Assembly: GCA_050575255.1 (NCBI GenBank)
Contig: JBNZDD010013730.1
Span: forward strand, 3,929,671-3,993,670
DNA from: Harriotta raleighana
Lineage: Eukaryota
DNA: 64,000 bases
Direction of reading: 5' to 3'
Below the pieces are notes generated by a model that had not been told where the DNA came from, did not search any database, and saw nothing but the letters and a program-made list of their open reading frames with translations. Shown in pieces: positions 63,651 through 64,000 of this stretch (its first letter is position 1; the number at the start of each line of letters is the position of its first letter). Both the position numbers and the translations under genes were made by a program.

Positions 63651-64000
63651 CTCTGACCAAACAATTGCTGGTTATACAACCTGAATAAAACGACTTTAAG
63701 TAATAGTAACTACTCATGTTGGGGAAATATGAAACGACACACTGAAGATTGCTGATTGCTGTACACAAGATATAATGACAAATTTAATTCTGAATGTCAG
63801 TGTTTCACAAATTGTATCTCAAAGAGCAGCTATTACCACTCATATTGTGGTTTAATAGGGATATTGTTTAACGTAGAGTTTACATATATCTATATAGGAT
63901 ATAGTTTAATAATGTAGTATTCCTAGGAAACAATATACGGTGGTACCATACCACATCGACAAATCCATCAGATCATTCATCAAAGTAGTAGAGTGGCTGA

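Overview
This is AT-rich eukaryotic DNA, not prokaryotic. The repeat content (L2 and CR1 LINE remnants, tRNA-head/Deu-domain SINEs with L2-type tails, LF-SINE-like and Penelope-like relics) points to a cartilaginous fish, probably a chimaera; this is inference from recalled repeat families. The only clear gene signal is a GC-rich, apparently bidirectional promoter at about 4.9-5.3 kb. It has a minus-strand first exon with a YY1-type AAGATGGCGGC start encoding MAAEALQ followed by a GTAAGA donor, and a divergent plus-strand short exon (ETS CGGAAGTG, GTAAGT donor). I cannot name the gene. The remaining ~57 kb has no convincing host coding exon and looks like intron or gene desert with layered transposon fossils, CTCF-like motifs and candidate conserved non-coding elements. 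Several duplications flanking single Ns look like assembly artefacts. I found no intact novel multi-gene system. The best second-look items are the promoter plus a 9-copy ATTAAA-bearing minisatellite, an unclassified ~470-bp A-tailed repeat, a twin-priming-like inverted SINE, an LF-SINE-like intronic copy and a diverged tandem duplication. Family names come from my recall of consensus sequences, not from searches, and repeat boundaries are approximate.
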